From Coniocarpon cinnabarinum (lineage: Eukaryota): 64,000 nt of DNA. Location of the stretch: contig JAVECO010000092.1 of NCBI GenBank assembly GCA_051942205.1, forward strand, positions 1 to 64,000. Reading direction: 5' to 3'. Below, in pieces: positions 45,596 through 58,050 of this stretch. Every line of letters begins with the position of its first letter. Within the stretch, counting starts at the first letter, position 1. A model generated the notes under the pieces. That model was not told where the DNA came from. It did not search any database and was given only the letters and a program-made list of their open reading frames with translations. Made by a program: the position numbers and the translations under genes.

Positions 45596-48307
45596 ATGCT
45601 CCTTGGTAGAAGATTACCATCCCGGCCATGTATCTTCTGCGACTTTCGACAGACCAGGCATGGGTTCTCGACCTCGCCAGTTCAATGGAGAGGAAGCGGC
45701 CAACAGCGAAGAAGGGAGCGTGTTCGAGGCGGTCAGCCTCCCAAACATGGCTCAAGGGCTTTTCTGTCGGAGAAGCCGCTTCTCCGCGACGAGTTTCAAG
45801 AAGAGTACGATGACCAAAGGGGGCCCTCCAGCGTTACCCACATGCACCTCAACCTCTCCAATGTAGGAGGCAGCAGCACTCATCATATGCGCCTGAACCT
45901 CTCAGATGAAGGCTCAGTGGAGCAGAAGATGCAAATGGCATCAAACTTGCCGAATGTTGCAAGCGCAGTGGTAAAAGAACGCCTTGCTATGCTCGAAGAC
46001 AGTCTGCACGACGATCCTATATTACAGCGTCTAAAACTTAGCAAGGAGAAGATGGAAGCTCGGTTTCGTAAATTCAAAACCAATTTCGAATCAGAAGGTG
46101 GTGCGGCAGACAACTCACTCAACTATCGCATCAGACAGCTGGCTGCGTCAAAGGATTCGAAGGCTTTAGAGTTGGAGTTGAAATATGCCTTTTACGGTGC
46201 TGTCGTCTCCTCGAGCGTCAGAGTGAATGATCAAGAGTTCCAAGAGAAGCTGTTGAATCTCAAACATCCCAGTGAATGGTATCCACGTACGCGTGGCATC
46301 CAGCGTACTTTCCATATTCACGTTGGTCCAACGAACTCTGGAAAAACGTATCATGCATTGAAGCGGCTTGAGCAGGCGAACTCGGGCGTCTACGCTGGGC
46401 CCTTACGATTGTTGGCTCATGAAGTCTACATGCGCTTGAACGCGCGCGGAAAGCTCTGCAACCTGGTTACTGGCGACGAGAGAAAATTGCATGAAAATCC
46501 TCTTAGGAACGCCAAGATCACGAGTTCCACGGTGGAGATGTTGTCTTTGAACGATGTCTTTGATGTCGCTGTCATCGACGAAGTGCAAATGATTGGCTCA
46601 GAGGATCGTGGTTGGGCATGGACTCAGGCAATCCTTGGCGTCATGGCCCGAGAAGTCCATGTGTGCGGCGAGGAGCGCGCAGTCCCAATCATCGAGGAGC
46701 TTGCGGCAGCTTGCGGAGAGACCGTCAAGGTGCATCGCTATGAACGGCTGAGTCCACTCGAGATGATGCCACGTAGTCTTCGAGGAGATCTGAGTCTTCT
46801 GCGAAAAGGCGATTGCATCGTAGGCTTCTCAATAGTCGTTTTGCATAGTTTGAGACAATATATCGAAAGAGAGACCAAAAGAAAATGCGCCATTATTTAT
46901 GGCTCGTTGCCTCCAGAGACGAGAACTCAGCAAGCACAACTGTTTAATGATCCAGACAATGATTACGATTATTTGGTTGCAAGTAATGCTGTTGGGATGG
47001 GGTTGAATCTAAGCATCAAACGGTTGATCTTCCAGTCTGCCCATCGAAACATTAAAGGGCGTCTGGAAGCGGTTCCCGTTCCGGAAATCAAACAAATTGC
47101 TGGTCGCGCAGGCAGATACTCTACAGCCTCTCAAGACATGAAGGGCTCTGCAACGTCCGTGGATGTACCGCTTTCTGACAAGCCGCCACTAAGTCGAACT
47201 GAAAGTGTCCAACAAATTGACTCTTTGAGCGTAGAGCAACATTCAGGGGGCGTCCAGCAAGAGGCGAGTACCTGCGCAATTCAATCTCAAGATCTAGTAA
47301 TCGCAAAATCCGCTGATCAGACTAACTCGTCGGCACCTGAATCTTCAGAAGGTACGAGAGTCGAAGTTGAAACACATGCAATAGACAACAAACCCAGCAC
47401 CCAAGATACTAGGTCATCTGAGACAGGAAAGAGTCTTGGGTTAGTTACCACACTTGAAAGACTAGACTACTCTGTCGTAGCCAAGGCCATGCGTACTGAT
47501 CCTTTGCCCCTAATTTCAGCTGCGGTATTACCACCGACAAACGTGATTGAACGATTTAGTCGCTACTACCCGGTTGGAACGCCACTAGCGTTTTTACTAC
47601 TGCGACTAAAAGAGATAGCGAGCACAAACCGACGTTTCTTCCATTGCGACATCAAAACCCAGGTTGGTATTGCTGACGCCATTGAGTCTGTGTCTGGACT
47701 CACTATTAGGGACCGTCTTGAATTCTGTGCTGCGCCCATCGACGCTCGCAGGGCTGGCGAGCCTGAGTTAGCACGTGCCTATGCTACAATGGTCGGTGGA
47801 CCACGCCCGGGCAGTGTTCTGGATGTCCAGGAGCTGGACATTGAGTTACTGGAGGACGATTACAAGGCTGACAAGGAGTATCTCAAGAAGCTCGAGGGCT
47901 TGCACAAGGGACTCATCATTTTCAATTGGCTATCGTTTCGATTCACTGGCATATTCTTGAACCAGCCGCTAGCAACGCACGTCAAAGAGCTCGCAGAGAA
48001 GCGTATTGAGGAAACTCTGGAGAACTTGTCGTTCAATTACCTCAAAATGCGCAAGAGCCGCGATCAAGCTCTCTTGGACATGCTAGAGGATACAGAAGAG
48101 AGCGTTGAGTCAAATGAGGCTGTTCGAGGGTCGACTAAACCTCATTCTCAAGATGGCACAGTGGGCGACACCCCTAGGTCAGCGGATGACCACAAAGAAG
48201 TGGGCAGAAGCTCAGACGTGAGGCAATCCGATCAGGAAACAAGAAATTTGTCGATTCCGATTGATGTTGTGAAAGGTTTTGATACCCAAAGACACGCCGA
48301 AAGATGA
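45596..48307 (+). CDS. SUV3: Mitochondrial ATP-dependent RNA helicase Suv3
   Basis: Arg-rich presequence, HVGPTNSGKT, GPLRLLA, IDEVQM..DRGWAW, IYGSLPPETR and KQIAGRAGR. First ATG at 45596. Confidence 0.93.
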   Translation: MLLGRRLPSRPCIFCDFRQTRHGFSTSPVQWRGSGQQRRRERVRGGQPPKHGSRAFLSEKPLLRDEFQEEYDDQRGPSSVTHMHLNLSNVGGSSTHHMRLNLSDEGSVEQKMQMASNLPNVASAVVKERLAMLEDSLHDDPILQRLKLSKEKMEARFRKFKTNFESEGGAADNSLNYRIRQLAASKDSKALELELKYAFYGAVVSSSVRVNDQEFQEKLLNLKHPSEWYPRTRGIQRTFHIHVGPTNSGKTYHALKRLEQANSGVYAGPLRLLAHEVYMRLNARGKLCNLVTGDERKLHENPLRNAKITSSTVEMLSLNDVFDVAVIDEVQMIGSEDRGWAWTQAILGVMAREVHVCGEERAVPIIEELAAACGETVKVHRYERLSPLEMMPRSLRGDLSLLRKGDCIVGFSIVVLHSLRQYIERETKRKCAIIYGSLPPETRTQQAQLFNDPDNDYDYLVASNAVGMGLNLSIKRLIFQSAHRNIKGRLEAVPVPEIKQIAGRAGRYSTASQDMKGSATSVDVPLSDKPPLSRTESVQQIDSLSVEQHSGGVQQEASTCAIQSQDLVIAKSADQTNSSAPESSEGTRVEVETHAIDNKPSTQDTRSSETGKSLGLVTTLERLDYSVVAKAMRTDPLPLISAAVLPPTNVIERFSRYYPVGTPLAFLLLRLKEIASTNRRFFHCDIKTQVGIADAIESVSGLTIRDRLEFCAAPIDARRAGEPELARAYATMVGGPRPGSVLDVQELDIELLEDDYKADKEYLKKLEGLHKGLIIFNWLSFRFTGIFLNQPLATHVKELAEKRIEETLENLSFNYLKMRKSRDQALLDMLEDTEESVESNEAVRGSTKPHSQDGTVGDTPRSADDHKEVGRSSDVRQSDQETRNLSIPIDVVKGFDTQRHAER

Positions 48308-48766
48308 TATCTCATATGCCTGATGCCATTCATGACATCTTTCATTGGTTTTATGACCAGACCGTCATCCACTGACAGGGGCCGTTCGAAGAATTCTTGG
48401 GATGCACTGTGATTTTTGGAGCGAATGTAAATATATCTGTACAGAATGAACGTGGTGAGAATGTCACGTGAAGAGGCTACTCTTCCAATTGATTGGGATA
48501 TGTACAATATGTTGCCGTTTCATGCTGCTACTTCTGGGATGTTGTGCACTCACTCATACCTCGGCAACGGTCGCAAAGCCACGCCATTGATTGTGCCCTG
48601 AGATTATTCTACCGTCTTCCATTACAACGAAAGCTGGACGATTGAGTTCTTGGCAGGGTCACACAACTGGCCACTTCTTCGATCGAGCGCCCCGCGATGA
48701 TTTCACAAACCTGTAGCTGCCTTCTGCTTTTATGGTCTCCAGTAGCTCATGTGTCAAAGTTGCCAC

Positions 48767-51700
48767 ATGGATGCAATATTTGAGCTAGAACGGCTCGAAT
48801 TGGTGGCTAAAGTCAGCTCAGAGTTGGACAACCATCTAGGTACTTCGGACAGAACCTTAGCCGAATATATTCTTGAACGACATAAGACACAGCCATTTCA
48901 GAACTTCGAAGAGGAATTCACAGCGCAAGGTATGGCTCTATATCCTCTACTGCGGTGTTTAGTAGTACCCTTCTTCTCAAGCTTGAGGGTAAGGAGCATT
49001 GGTGGGTGATGCTCAAGCTAAGAGCAACAATTCTCGTTCTCAAACGAATTGAATATGCTCCTCTGACACGGATACATCAGGGCTGCCCCACAGTCTCATA
49101 CAGAGCATTGATCGGGTCGTCAACGCGCTAAGCCATGGATCAAGGACTCTCAACGGAGCGAGTGGCGCTTCAACGTCCGGGCCAACCGAAAAAAGAGATG
49201 CCTTTAAGGGCCTGTCAATGCCGGACTCAGCACCGACCGCGACCATGGATGATCTCATGGCGGAGCTAGAATCCAATGCTCCCAACGCGCAGCCGCAAAA
49301 GACACGAGAAAGGGATGATCGTTATTACGATGGTCGAAGGAAAGATAGGTATAGAGAACGTTCTCCGAGAGATGATCGCGGTCGAAATCACGGCCGTGAC
49401 AATGATCGCAAAAGGAGGCGCAGTCCACATTATGACAGGCCCACGCACCGGCGATACGACGACTTTGAAAAGCCTATACCAGCGCACATGCCTGCTACCC
49501 CCCTGGCACCTCTGGACAACGGCTATCGCAGTCGTGGCAGAAGAGAGCACAAAAGGCTGACGTCTCCTGAAAGGTTCGAAATCCAGCAGCTCATCTCTTC
49601 TGGTGTAGCAAAACCCTCTGAATTCCCGGGGTATGAGGCAGAACAAGAACCAACAAATGGTGCTCGTGGAGGCTTGATGGAGCACGAGGAGGATCCTGAC
49701 GTCGAGGTCAAGGACGAGGAACCGCCTTTTCTAAAGGGGCAGACGCAGCACACTCAGGATCTATCACCAGTCAGAATCATCAGAGCGCCTGAAGGCTCCC
49801 TTAATCGAGCAGCGCAGCAAGGGGTTCAACTTGCTTCGGAGAGGCGCGAACTTCGGTCTCAAGATGCTCGTGAAAAGGGCGCCGAAGCTCTGAACAATCG
49901 CGATCTGCAGAGTGGCTGGCAAGATCCAATGGCTCGTCCACAGGATCGTCAATTCGCTGGCGATGTCAGGGACAAGGCTCTTCCTCCTCCAGGGTCAATG
50001 CCGGAGTGGAAACGACAGCAAGCACGACAGAGTTATGGCAAGCGGACAAATATGTCCATCAAGGAGCAGCGCGAGAGCTTGCCTGCGTTCAAGTTACGGA
50101 AGACTTTTTTGCAAGCAATGGAAGAAAATCAGGTTCTTGTGATTCAGGGTGAAACTGGATCCGGGAAAACAACGCAACTGCCTCAGTATTTGGCTGAAGC
50201 TGGATACGGTAACAGAGGCATGATCGGTTGCACCCAGCCGCGACGTGTCGCTGCAATCTCAGTTGCCAAACGCGTGGCAGAGGAGGTTGGCTGTAAGCTA
50301 GGGCACGAGATTGGTTACACAATTCGATTTGAAGACAATACAAGTCCTGACACAACCATCAAATTCATGACCGACGGCATCCTCCTGCGCGAGTCCGTTC
50401 TTGATCCAAAGCTTGAAAAGTACTCAGTCATTATCTTGGACGAGGCTCATGAGCGCACTGTAGCTACTGATGTCCTTTTTGGCCTGCTGAAACGTACTTT
50501 GAGATTGAGGCCGGACCTTAAAGTCATTGTCACATCAGCAACTCTAGAGGCTGAGAAGTTCCAAGCGTATTTCGGAGAGTTTGGTAAAGTTGACAATAAG
50601 GCTCCACACATCAAGATTCCGGGTCGCACATATAACGTTGAAATCTTCTACTCGAACGAGCCTGAATCGGATTATCTTGATGCCGCCCTCACGACAGTCA
50701 TGCAAATTCACCTCACTGAAGAGCCTGGCGATATCTTAGTGTTCTTGACTGGAAAAGAAGAAATTGACACAACCTGTCAAATCCTCTTCGAGCGCATGAA
50801 GCAGCTGGGTCCTGACGTCCCTGAGTTGGTCGTCCTACCAATCTACTCGGCTCTCCCATCCGAGATGCAATCCCAAGTGTTTGAGCCAGCGCCTCCAGGT
50901 GGACGAAAGGTGATTGTGGCCACTAACATCGCCGAGACCTCACTTACTGTTGATGGCATCATCTACGTTATTGATCCCGGGTTTGTCAAGCAATCGGTCT
51001 ATGATCCTAAGCTGGGCATGGATCGCTTACTAGTGCAACCAATTTCTCAACAACAAGCAGGCCAACGCGCTGGTCGAGCTGGACGTACTGCAGATGGCAA
51101 ATGTTTCCGCTTGTACACTGAGCATGCCTTTTTGGACGAGATGCAGCCTGCTACGATACCGGAAATCCAGCGTCAGAACCTTGCAAGTACCATTCTCTCC
51201 CTAAAGGCCCGTGGTATCAACGACTTACTGAATTTTGGTTTCCTCGATCCACCGCCAGAAAAGACGATGCTTTCAGCACTCGAAGAGCTCTATCACCTGG
51301 ATGCGCTCGATGATGAAGGCTTGCTTACCCGTCTTGGACGAGCCATGGTCGACTTTCCCATGGATCCCGCTTTGGCAAAGACTTGCATCTGCAGTGCCAA
51401 AGACTTCCGTTGTTCTGACGAAATTCTCACTGTTGTCTCCTGCATCTCATCTGGTCAAGAGTTCTTTTCACGACCACGTGCAGAGCAGAACAAAGCTGAT
51501 CAGAAGAAGGCGAAGTTCCACGACCCAACTGGAGATCACTTGACACTGCTGAATGCTTTCGAGAGCTGGCAGCGCAATGGAGAAGCATTTGCTTGGTGTA
51601 AAGAGAACTACATCCAGTTCCGATCTATGAAACGGGCAAAGGATGTTCGGGAGCAGCTCATTGGTATCATGCAAAGACATCGACTCCCCATCATCAACTC

Positions 51701-52103
51701 GAACAGGGACACGCATCGCATTCGACAGGCGCTCGTTTCTGGCATGTTCAAGAATACTGCACGGAAAGACCCGCACGAAGGATACAAAACTTTGACGGAA
51801 CAGCAACCTGTAGCCATGCATCCGAGCAGTGCGCTGTTTGGTAAGACTGCCGACTTCGTCGTCTATCACAGTCTTGTCGAAACTGTGAAAGAGTATATGC
51901 ACTGCTGCAGCATAATAGACGCGAAATGGCTACCGGAGCTGGCACCCAACTTCTTCAAAGTTGCAGATCCGACCCAACTCAGTCGACGTCAGAAGGCCCA
52001 AAAGATAGCACCGTTGCGCGGGAAAGGTGCAGATGACGAAAGCTGGCGGCTAAGCAGTCAACGACAGCGAGGACGAGGAGGCGGTGGTGGAACCTGGGGC
52101 TAG
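48767..52103 (+). CDS. PRP22: Pre-mRNA splicing DEAH helicase Prp22/DHX8, ~1061 aa; intron 48930-49080
   Basis: N-terminal LELVAKVSSELDNHLG, KRLTSPERFEIQQLI, SPVRIIRAPEGSLNRAA, GETGSGKTT, DEAH, SAT and QRAGRAGR. Confidence 0.9.
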
Positions 52104-53623
52104 ACATTTCATCTCTCGAGAATCTTTTGGGGGCGAAGGTCGGGTGGGTGTCGTGGGTGTCGTGGGTGTTCCTTCTGCCGCAGCAGTCATACTATCCTGA
52201 TTCACATATCACATTTTTCAATGATCAACGGATTTGGAATTTCATCGTTTCCACGTCCTGGATATTGCTGTGAATGCTCGCTGCTACCCGCCAGCTTCAC
52301 CCCCCGGCTGGCCCCCGAAAAAATCCACAGCTGGTAAGGACACCGTGGGTGTCTCTACGAAAGTGGTCTAGCGCCGGCACGCTTATTGATGACTTCGAAC
52401 CTGGGTATGTCTCAGATGCACAGTGCAGTATAACACATCCCTCAGCCCCAAGATTCCGTGCCGACACGCTACATTTAGCGATGACGCCACGAGACAGCTG
52501 GCCAGTTTTGCGTAAAAGCCACGAAGCTGCTCATTGATTAATTTACACGAGATCCAATGCGGTCAACAATGCATAGACTTTTCCTTGATACTCGTTCCTT
52601 CAGGACCTCTGTCTGATTGGCCTTCTTTGAAGTGACTACTCAGCACAAGTCTATTTCAGTGACGCGTTTCCTTCTTGCACGCTCGCAGAAACTTTGAGCA
52701 ATCTCACCTTGACGGCAGCCTCGCATGGAGGAGTGGAAATGGCTTTTCTCTGAACAGGGGCAGAAGCCCGAAATTCAGACACTGCTACAACGGGCTCGCG
52801 AAAAGCATCTCAATGTGCACGTCAATAAAAATGAATATTATCTGCTTACGCATCTCCGAATATTGAAACATACGTCGCAGTTCGCTGAAGACGTCAAATG
52901 CGTCCTCGACAAGGATGCATACAGTGGCAAGAAGCCGATCGGGCCAATGTTACCTCACAAAAGATATTCGAACCATAATTTCGAAGCTCTTTGTTATTTC
53001 GAAGGCTAAGGTATAGTGGTTTATCTTTGTGGTCAAGACCAATCTGACGGACTGTAGGTACACTACATCATCGAAGATTCCTTATCTGGCTTTTGTAGTT
53101 TATTGCGGGTCTTCCGCATTCTATATTTACTGCGCAGACTGGAATTTGGAAGCCTTGCGTAACCGTAACTAGTCTGAATGGCACTTTCTTTCAAGGCTCT
53201 AGCACTCCTGGGTTAGGACTACAGTAAACTTAAAGGCCCTTCTATTTCAATAACTGCTTTACTTGCAACACCTTGCTGTCAACAGCGTCCTACAAATGAG
53301 GAAACATGCCTCCGCTTTCGAAAACAAAGAGGACAAACGGTGATGATTCTAGATATAAAATACAGTTGTGAACGTCTATTACAGGATTGTTCTTAATACA
53401 AAACTTCCAATCTAGCGAAAGGGAGCAAACTCTCTCTGAACGCCACGCTAGCAAAGTCCTCGCGCAGGAATTTGAAGTAATAAAATTGCAGAATGCTTCC
53501 TTCCAAGCCCCTCTGACCGGGTTACACTCACGCACCATAAGTAATACCTCAGTAACAACTGTTGGGCAAGCCGCCGAAAGCGGCTGTCCGCGAAAACAGC
53601 TCATTCGCTGCCAGTAATACTTT

Positions 53624-54175
53624 TTAAATCTGCTCCGCGCCCCATCCTTGCTCGGCTTCCCGCATGTTCGCTGGGGGCTCAATACTCGGAATGAACTCCA
53701 ACGCAACGTACGCAACACCCACGGCCGCGACGACCACGCCAGCAATCCATCTCCACCATCTTTCGCCGCCACATGAGATCATGCCAACAAAGATATAGAA
53801 CACACCCCTGCCGATAAAGGAGAACATGAAGGATGCATACTTGGCGACTGGCGGAGGGATCTGGAACTCGAGGAGGCCGGTGCCTAGGCCGAAGATGAAG
53901 AGGTAAACGGCTATGATGATGTTTTGCCTACCAAAGGGCCGGGTCAGTCTGATCGCGACTACTGGACGAGCGCAAGAGCTGAGGGAAGCTCCTGGATTGA
54001 TTGCGACTAGGCGACGTACACTAGAATGTCTGGAAAGAACTGGCCTATACCACCAAGAATGATGAAGACGGCAACCACAAGGTTGGCTATGCGACTGCAG
54101 ATTCGTCAGCGAAGTGGCATTCAGAGCCGGCCCCGGGGGAAAGGCAAAGGCATACAATATGTCTGAGAGTTCCAT
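53624..54175 (-). CDS. TVP15: Golgi/COPI-associated membrane protein Tvp15, two introns
   Basis: Spliced MELSDIFRIANLVVAVFIILGGIGQFF..QNIIIAVYLFIFG..YASFMFSFIGRGVFYIFVG..IEPPANMR. Confidence 0.85.
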   Translation of the reverse strand: MELSDILYAFAFPPGPALNATSLTNLQSHSQPCGCRLHHSWWYRPVLSRHSSVRRLVAINPGASLSSCARPVVAIRLTRPFGRQNIIIAVYLFIFGLGTGLLEFQIPPPVAKYASFMFSFIGRGVFYIFVGMISCGGERWWRWIAGVVVAAVGVAYVALEFIPSIEPPANMREAEQGWGAEQI

Positions 54176-55036
54176 CTTGAATGCGACAGGAGGTGGCTTC
54201 AGCCTCTCTGCGCACTTGCTTCACGCTGTGGCTGGCAGCTCCGAACGAAGGAGAAAAGCAGGAGTGCACCTGTGCACGAGCGAATAGATAGATATGGGGT
54301 CGTTCGGTGCGATTGTATTAGCAGCCGTGCCTTTGCTTGCAGGGCTAACAATCAAACACCCTGAATTACCACGCTACCTTCGACGCCAAATGCTGCAGCT
54401 CCTTGGAGAACCCCAGTCAAAGCTAGTGGCCGCAGGGCTGAATGCGCCTTGGCACCTACTCCGTATCTGTCCTTGAAGTTCAGGCGTCAACCCTGGATAG
54501 CACTGCATATCGATTCCGCCGCGAAGAGTGACTGCCTCCAATGCGACCAATCCAACGTGGACTTTCCAGCTTATTCCCACCACTTCGCCCTCGCACGAAT
54601 GATTCATTCTCCCCAGCATTCGCTCTACTGGTCTTGTTACATCGTGTCTCTGACTTCCGCTGATCTTGCGTTCGAGACAACCACACACATTCGTCCCGTC
54701 ACTCTCACTACTTCACCAGCAGTGCTTGGACCAAGGCGGCAAGCGACATTCATCAAACTGCAATTACCTTTCAAAAGCTCCGGCCATCCATCACATCCGT
54801 TTTCCGCCTGGAATTAAGGGTTGAACCTCTTCAGTCCTTCCTCTCATCCTGGACTTTCCCCCCCGATTTTCAAAGACCAGACCGCTTACACATCTCACGC
54901 TATCATCATCCTCTTCTTATGACAGCTTGCTACTGAACGAGTCCTTTTGTCTAAAAGTGAACGGTTAGCGCGGCGTCTTGGATTTGGCGATTCCAAGATC
55001 ACTTCCGCATGGGTTCAAGAGGCCGCGTTCATCATT

Positions 55037-57251
55037 ATGAATCGCTATGATATTGGCGATTTGCTATTGTTACGCGAGTCGCCGCTGGTAGAGAAGCCTC
55101 CGAGCTTACCTGACATACACCAATGGCTTGAGTAAGCAAGCTGAACGCAGTCTCGTGCAGTCTACGAACTGGCTGACCGTATCATCCAGTCCGCCAAATG
55201 AAAGAAACAAACAACGGAGAAACGATGACGCCGAAGATGGGCTCAAACGACCGAATCTGGCGTCCGCGAGGAACAGGGTGTCGCAATCTGGCAAGTAAAC
55301 CTGGTCGCTACTGTCTCAATTCCTGGCTAACTTATTGATGGAAGGTGATACCTTTCTTGGTCCGAAGATGTCATTCGCGGTCGCCTCCGCAAGTCGCAAA
55401 GAGGGTGAACGAAGCATCTCCGAGGAGTATAAGGAGAAGATCGAAAGGACGGCCCGTGATCCTGCTCTTCGGGACTGGCCAGCCGAACGCAACGCTCATC
55501 GGCGGGATCGCAGCGACATCCTCAACGGACACGCCGAAGATGGTTCACGTAGGAATCTTGGCCGCAGAGGGTCAGGAGGGGAGGGTGACCGAACACGCGT
55601 CAAGTTGAACCGTCACCGACTGGTTGAAGGTCATAATGATGAAGAGCTCACCACTCCTCGAAGAGCTGGCTTCCCAGACAAGCTAAACAAGCCATGGTTT
55701 CGAAATTCAGACGATCCACAGAGAGACAGCGCACTCGATGATAGAAAACCGCGAAATACGTTGCGAGATGAGCGAGGTAAAGATTCCAGACACGAAAGCA
55801 AACCGTCGTGGCTTGATGACCCCCTGCAACCTGAGGGTGAAGTCGAAGCGCAGTCACAACAGGACTTTGCTGCTTGGAAGGAAATGATGAAGAGGGGCCA
55901 TGCTGCTAACAAATCTGCGAGTGAAACAGTTACAACTGATGCGCCTGCAAAGTGTAGGGCGACCGATGCAATTGAAGACACGAAAGCAAGCCCCACATTT
56001 GAGCAGCCTTTGTTCGGTACCTGGGGCCAGTCTACCGAGGAAAATAAGAAAGCTGAGGAGCAGAAGAAAAAGGCAAAACAGTCAAAGTTCGCTCGCTTCT
56101 TTGACACGGGAGCTTCGAAACCAAAGGAGGAATCCATTTCACCCGATTCGCCTGGACTTTTGGAGCCGACGTCACCGCCACCGCCGCAAATGTCCGCGGC
56201 TCAAGTAGCGCATGACACTTCAGACGAAGATAAGAAGGGGTTCAACAACCTGATGAATCTCTTGCGCACAAAGGGCAGCATTTCGCAGGGTCAATCCGAA
56301 TCGGCTTTCTCACCCCCTCCGCAAACCGCGCCGCCGCACACAAAGAAATTTACCCCACCGAACGATGAGAACATCACAGGAATGGATGCTTCTAATCGAC
56401 CACAGGACACGCAGAGCGCATTGTCAAATTCGCCACCAAATCATCGGCAGCCTCGAAATGCCAACACGAAGCCCACCGCTGACCCCAACGCAGAATTTTT
56501 CCTAAACCTCATGAAGCATTCGCAACCTCGAGCGCCGTTCCGAGAAGGCCAGATCTATGGGCAGAACTACGGACAGCGTCGGGAATCCAACGACATCGCC
56601 TCAATCATCAACAGCGTATCTCCCCATCCCCCAAAGCAGCAGGCGCCACCACCCGGATTCTCGGATAACCAGCGCGCTTTTCATCAGAATCAGAACCTGG
56701 ATGTCTCTGAGCGTGGATCGACATCTGAAAAGCCACCGAACGATGGGTATCCGCCGCAGCACCCTCTTAATCCGCGACTGCCGCCACATGAACATCGTCG
56801 TCTGCCTTCCATGCCAGGGTTTCAGTTCCCACCTCAGCCACCTGATTTCGGACCACCGCCGCCAGGTATTCAACATGCGCGCCCTCCATCTCGTGATGGA
56901 ATAGGCCCTCCACCCGGGTTTGCCATGCGGCCCAACGCACCACCTGGCTTCCCTCAGTATGCTCTTAACGGCCCTCCCGGCGGGCAGCTGCCGCCTCACA
57001 TGCGCGGCCCACCACTTCAGTCACCTCCAATGCAGTTTAACGGCCAACCACCTCCAGGCTTGGGTCATGGTCCACCTCCAGGGATAGGCCCTCAACCAAA
57101 TGGCCAGCGCATGCCGGGTGGGAATATGCACGTCCCGCCGGGCTTTGAAATGTATGGTGATCCTCAGCGTCGACCGGGTGCAGCTCCGCCACCTCCTCAG
57201 TCGTCATATGCACATTATTTGAAACAAGGTGGTGGACCTGCTGCATACTAG
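55037..57251 (+). CDS. Putative eIF4E-binding translational repressor (4E-T/Eap1-like), Pro-rich tail; exons 55037-55131, 55190-55290, 55345-57251
   Basis: N-terminal YxxxxL-phi motif (RYDIGDLLLLRESPLVEKP), PSWLDD, DFAAWKEMMK, SKFARFF and repeated PPGF motifs. The second intron is GC-AG. Confidence 0.65.
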
Positions 57252-58050
57252 GGCGTATAGCTGGGTGCGAACACAAGATGCAGCGATAAGCTCGACGCTA
57301 TCATTCGGTACTTCACGGCTGCTTCAAAAGGAGCTCATCAAGAAAAAGTAAAGAAGGCGGCATGTCAAGTCGTATAGCAATGAGTGTTCTGAGTGCCAGA
57401 AATAAGGCTCAGCGCCGTTCCGCCATCCTTTTGCGTTTTGTCATGCTATGGTTCTGTTGTGAACGTGTTATTCTCGCCTTTCATGTCCTGTCTGTACTCT
57501 ATTGGGGCCCGAGAGGGCACCGAGTGAATCCCGGCAGACGCCACAGTAATATGCACTGCTGCGCCATACCCACTTTTACCCTAGTTGCACCGACCTGTTC
57601 TTTCAGATGTCCACTGCTCGCCGACACCTAAGGATGCGCCTCGTTTGGCCAAGCGCGTACTTACTGTTTATTGTGCGTTGTTGTGTAAGTTCGTTGTCAA
57701 AGAATGGCCCATTTCTGCACTCATTTCACGAAATACATCCATGACCACAGACACCCCCAGTTCGGAGGTGGATCACATACCTGATCAGCACGCTCGTGTC
57801 GCGTAGTGAAAACAGCCTGGAAGAGATGACTCTTACAGATGTCATAATACATGTTGCAAGTTGTCCAGGAGAATGAAGGCTCACGCAACACCCGCCGCAT
57901 TCCGAGTCCTGGGGGCCGCATTATCTGTCCAATGCTGCAGCCACGTAACACCAAATGCCACACGGCATTTCACTTGGGACTTTGGCGGCCCGTAGATCAA
58001 TGATATGAGCAGATCATATCTTCATTGTTTTTTCCGCGCCTTTCCGCAAG

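Noticed and set aside
52144..52170. (GTGGGTGTC)n short repeat after PRP22
   Set aside because: Under three copies of a low-complexity unit; no evident function.
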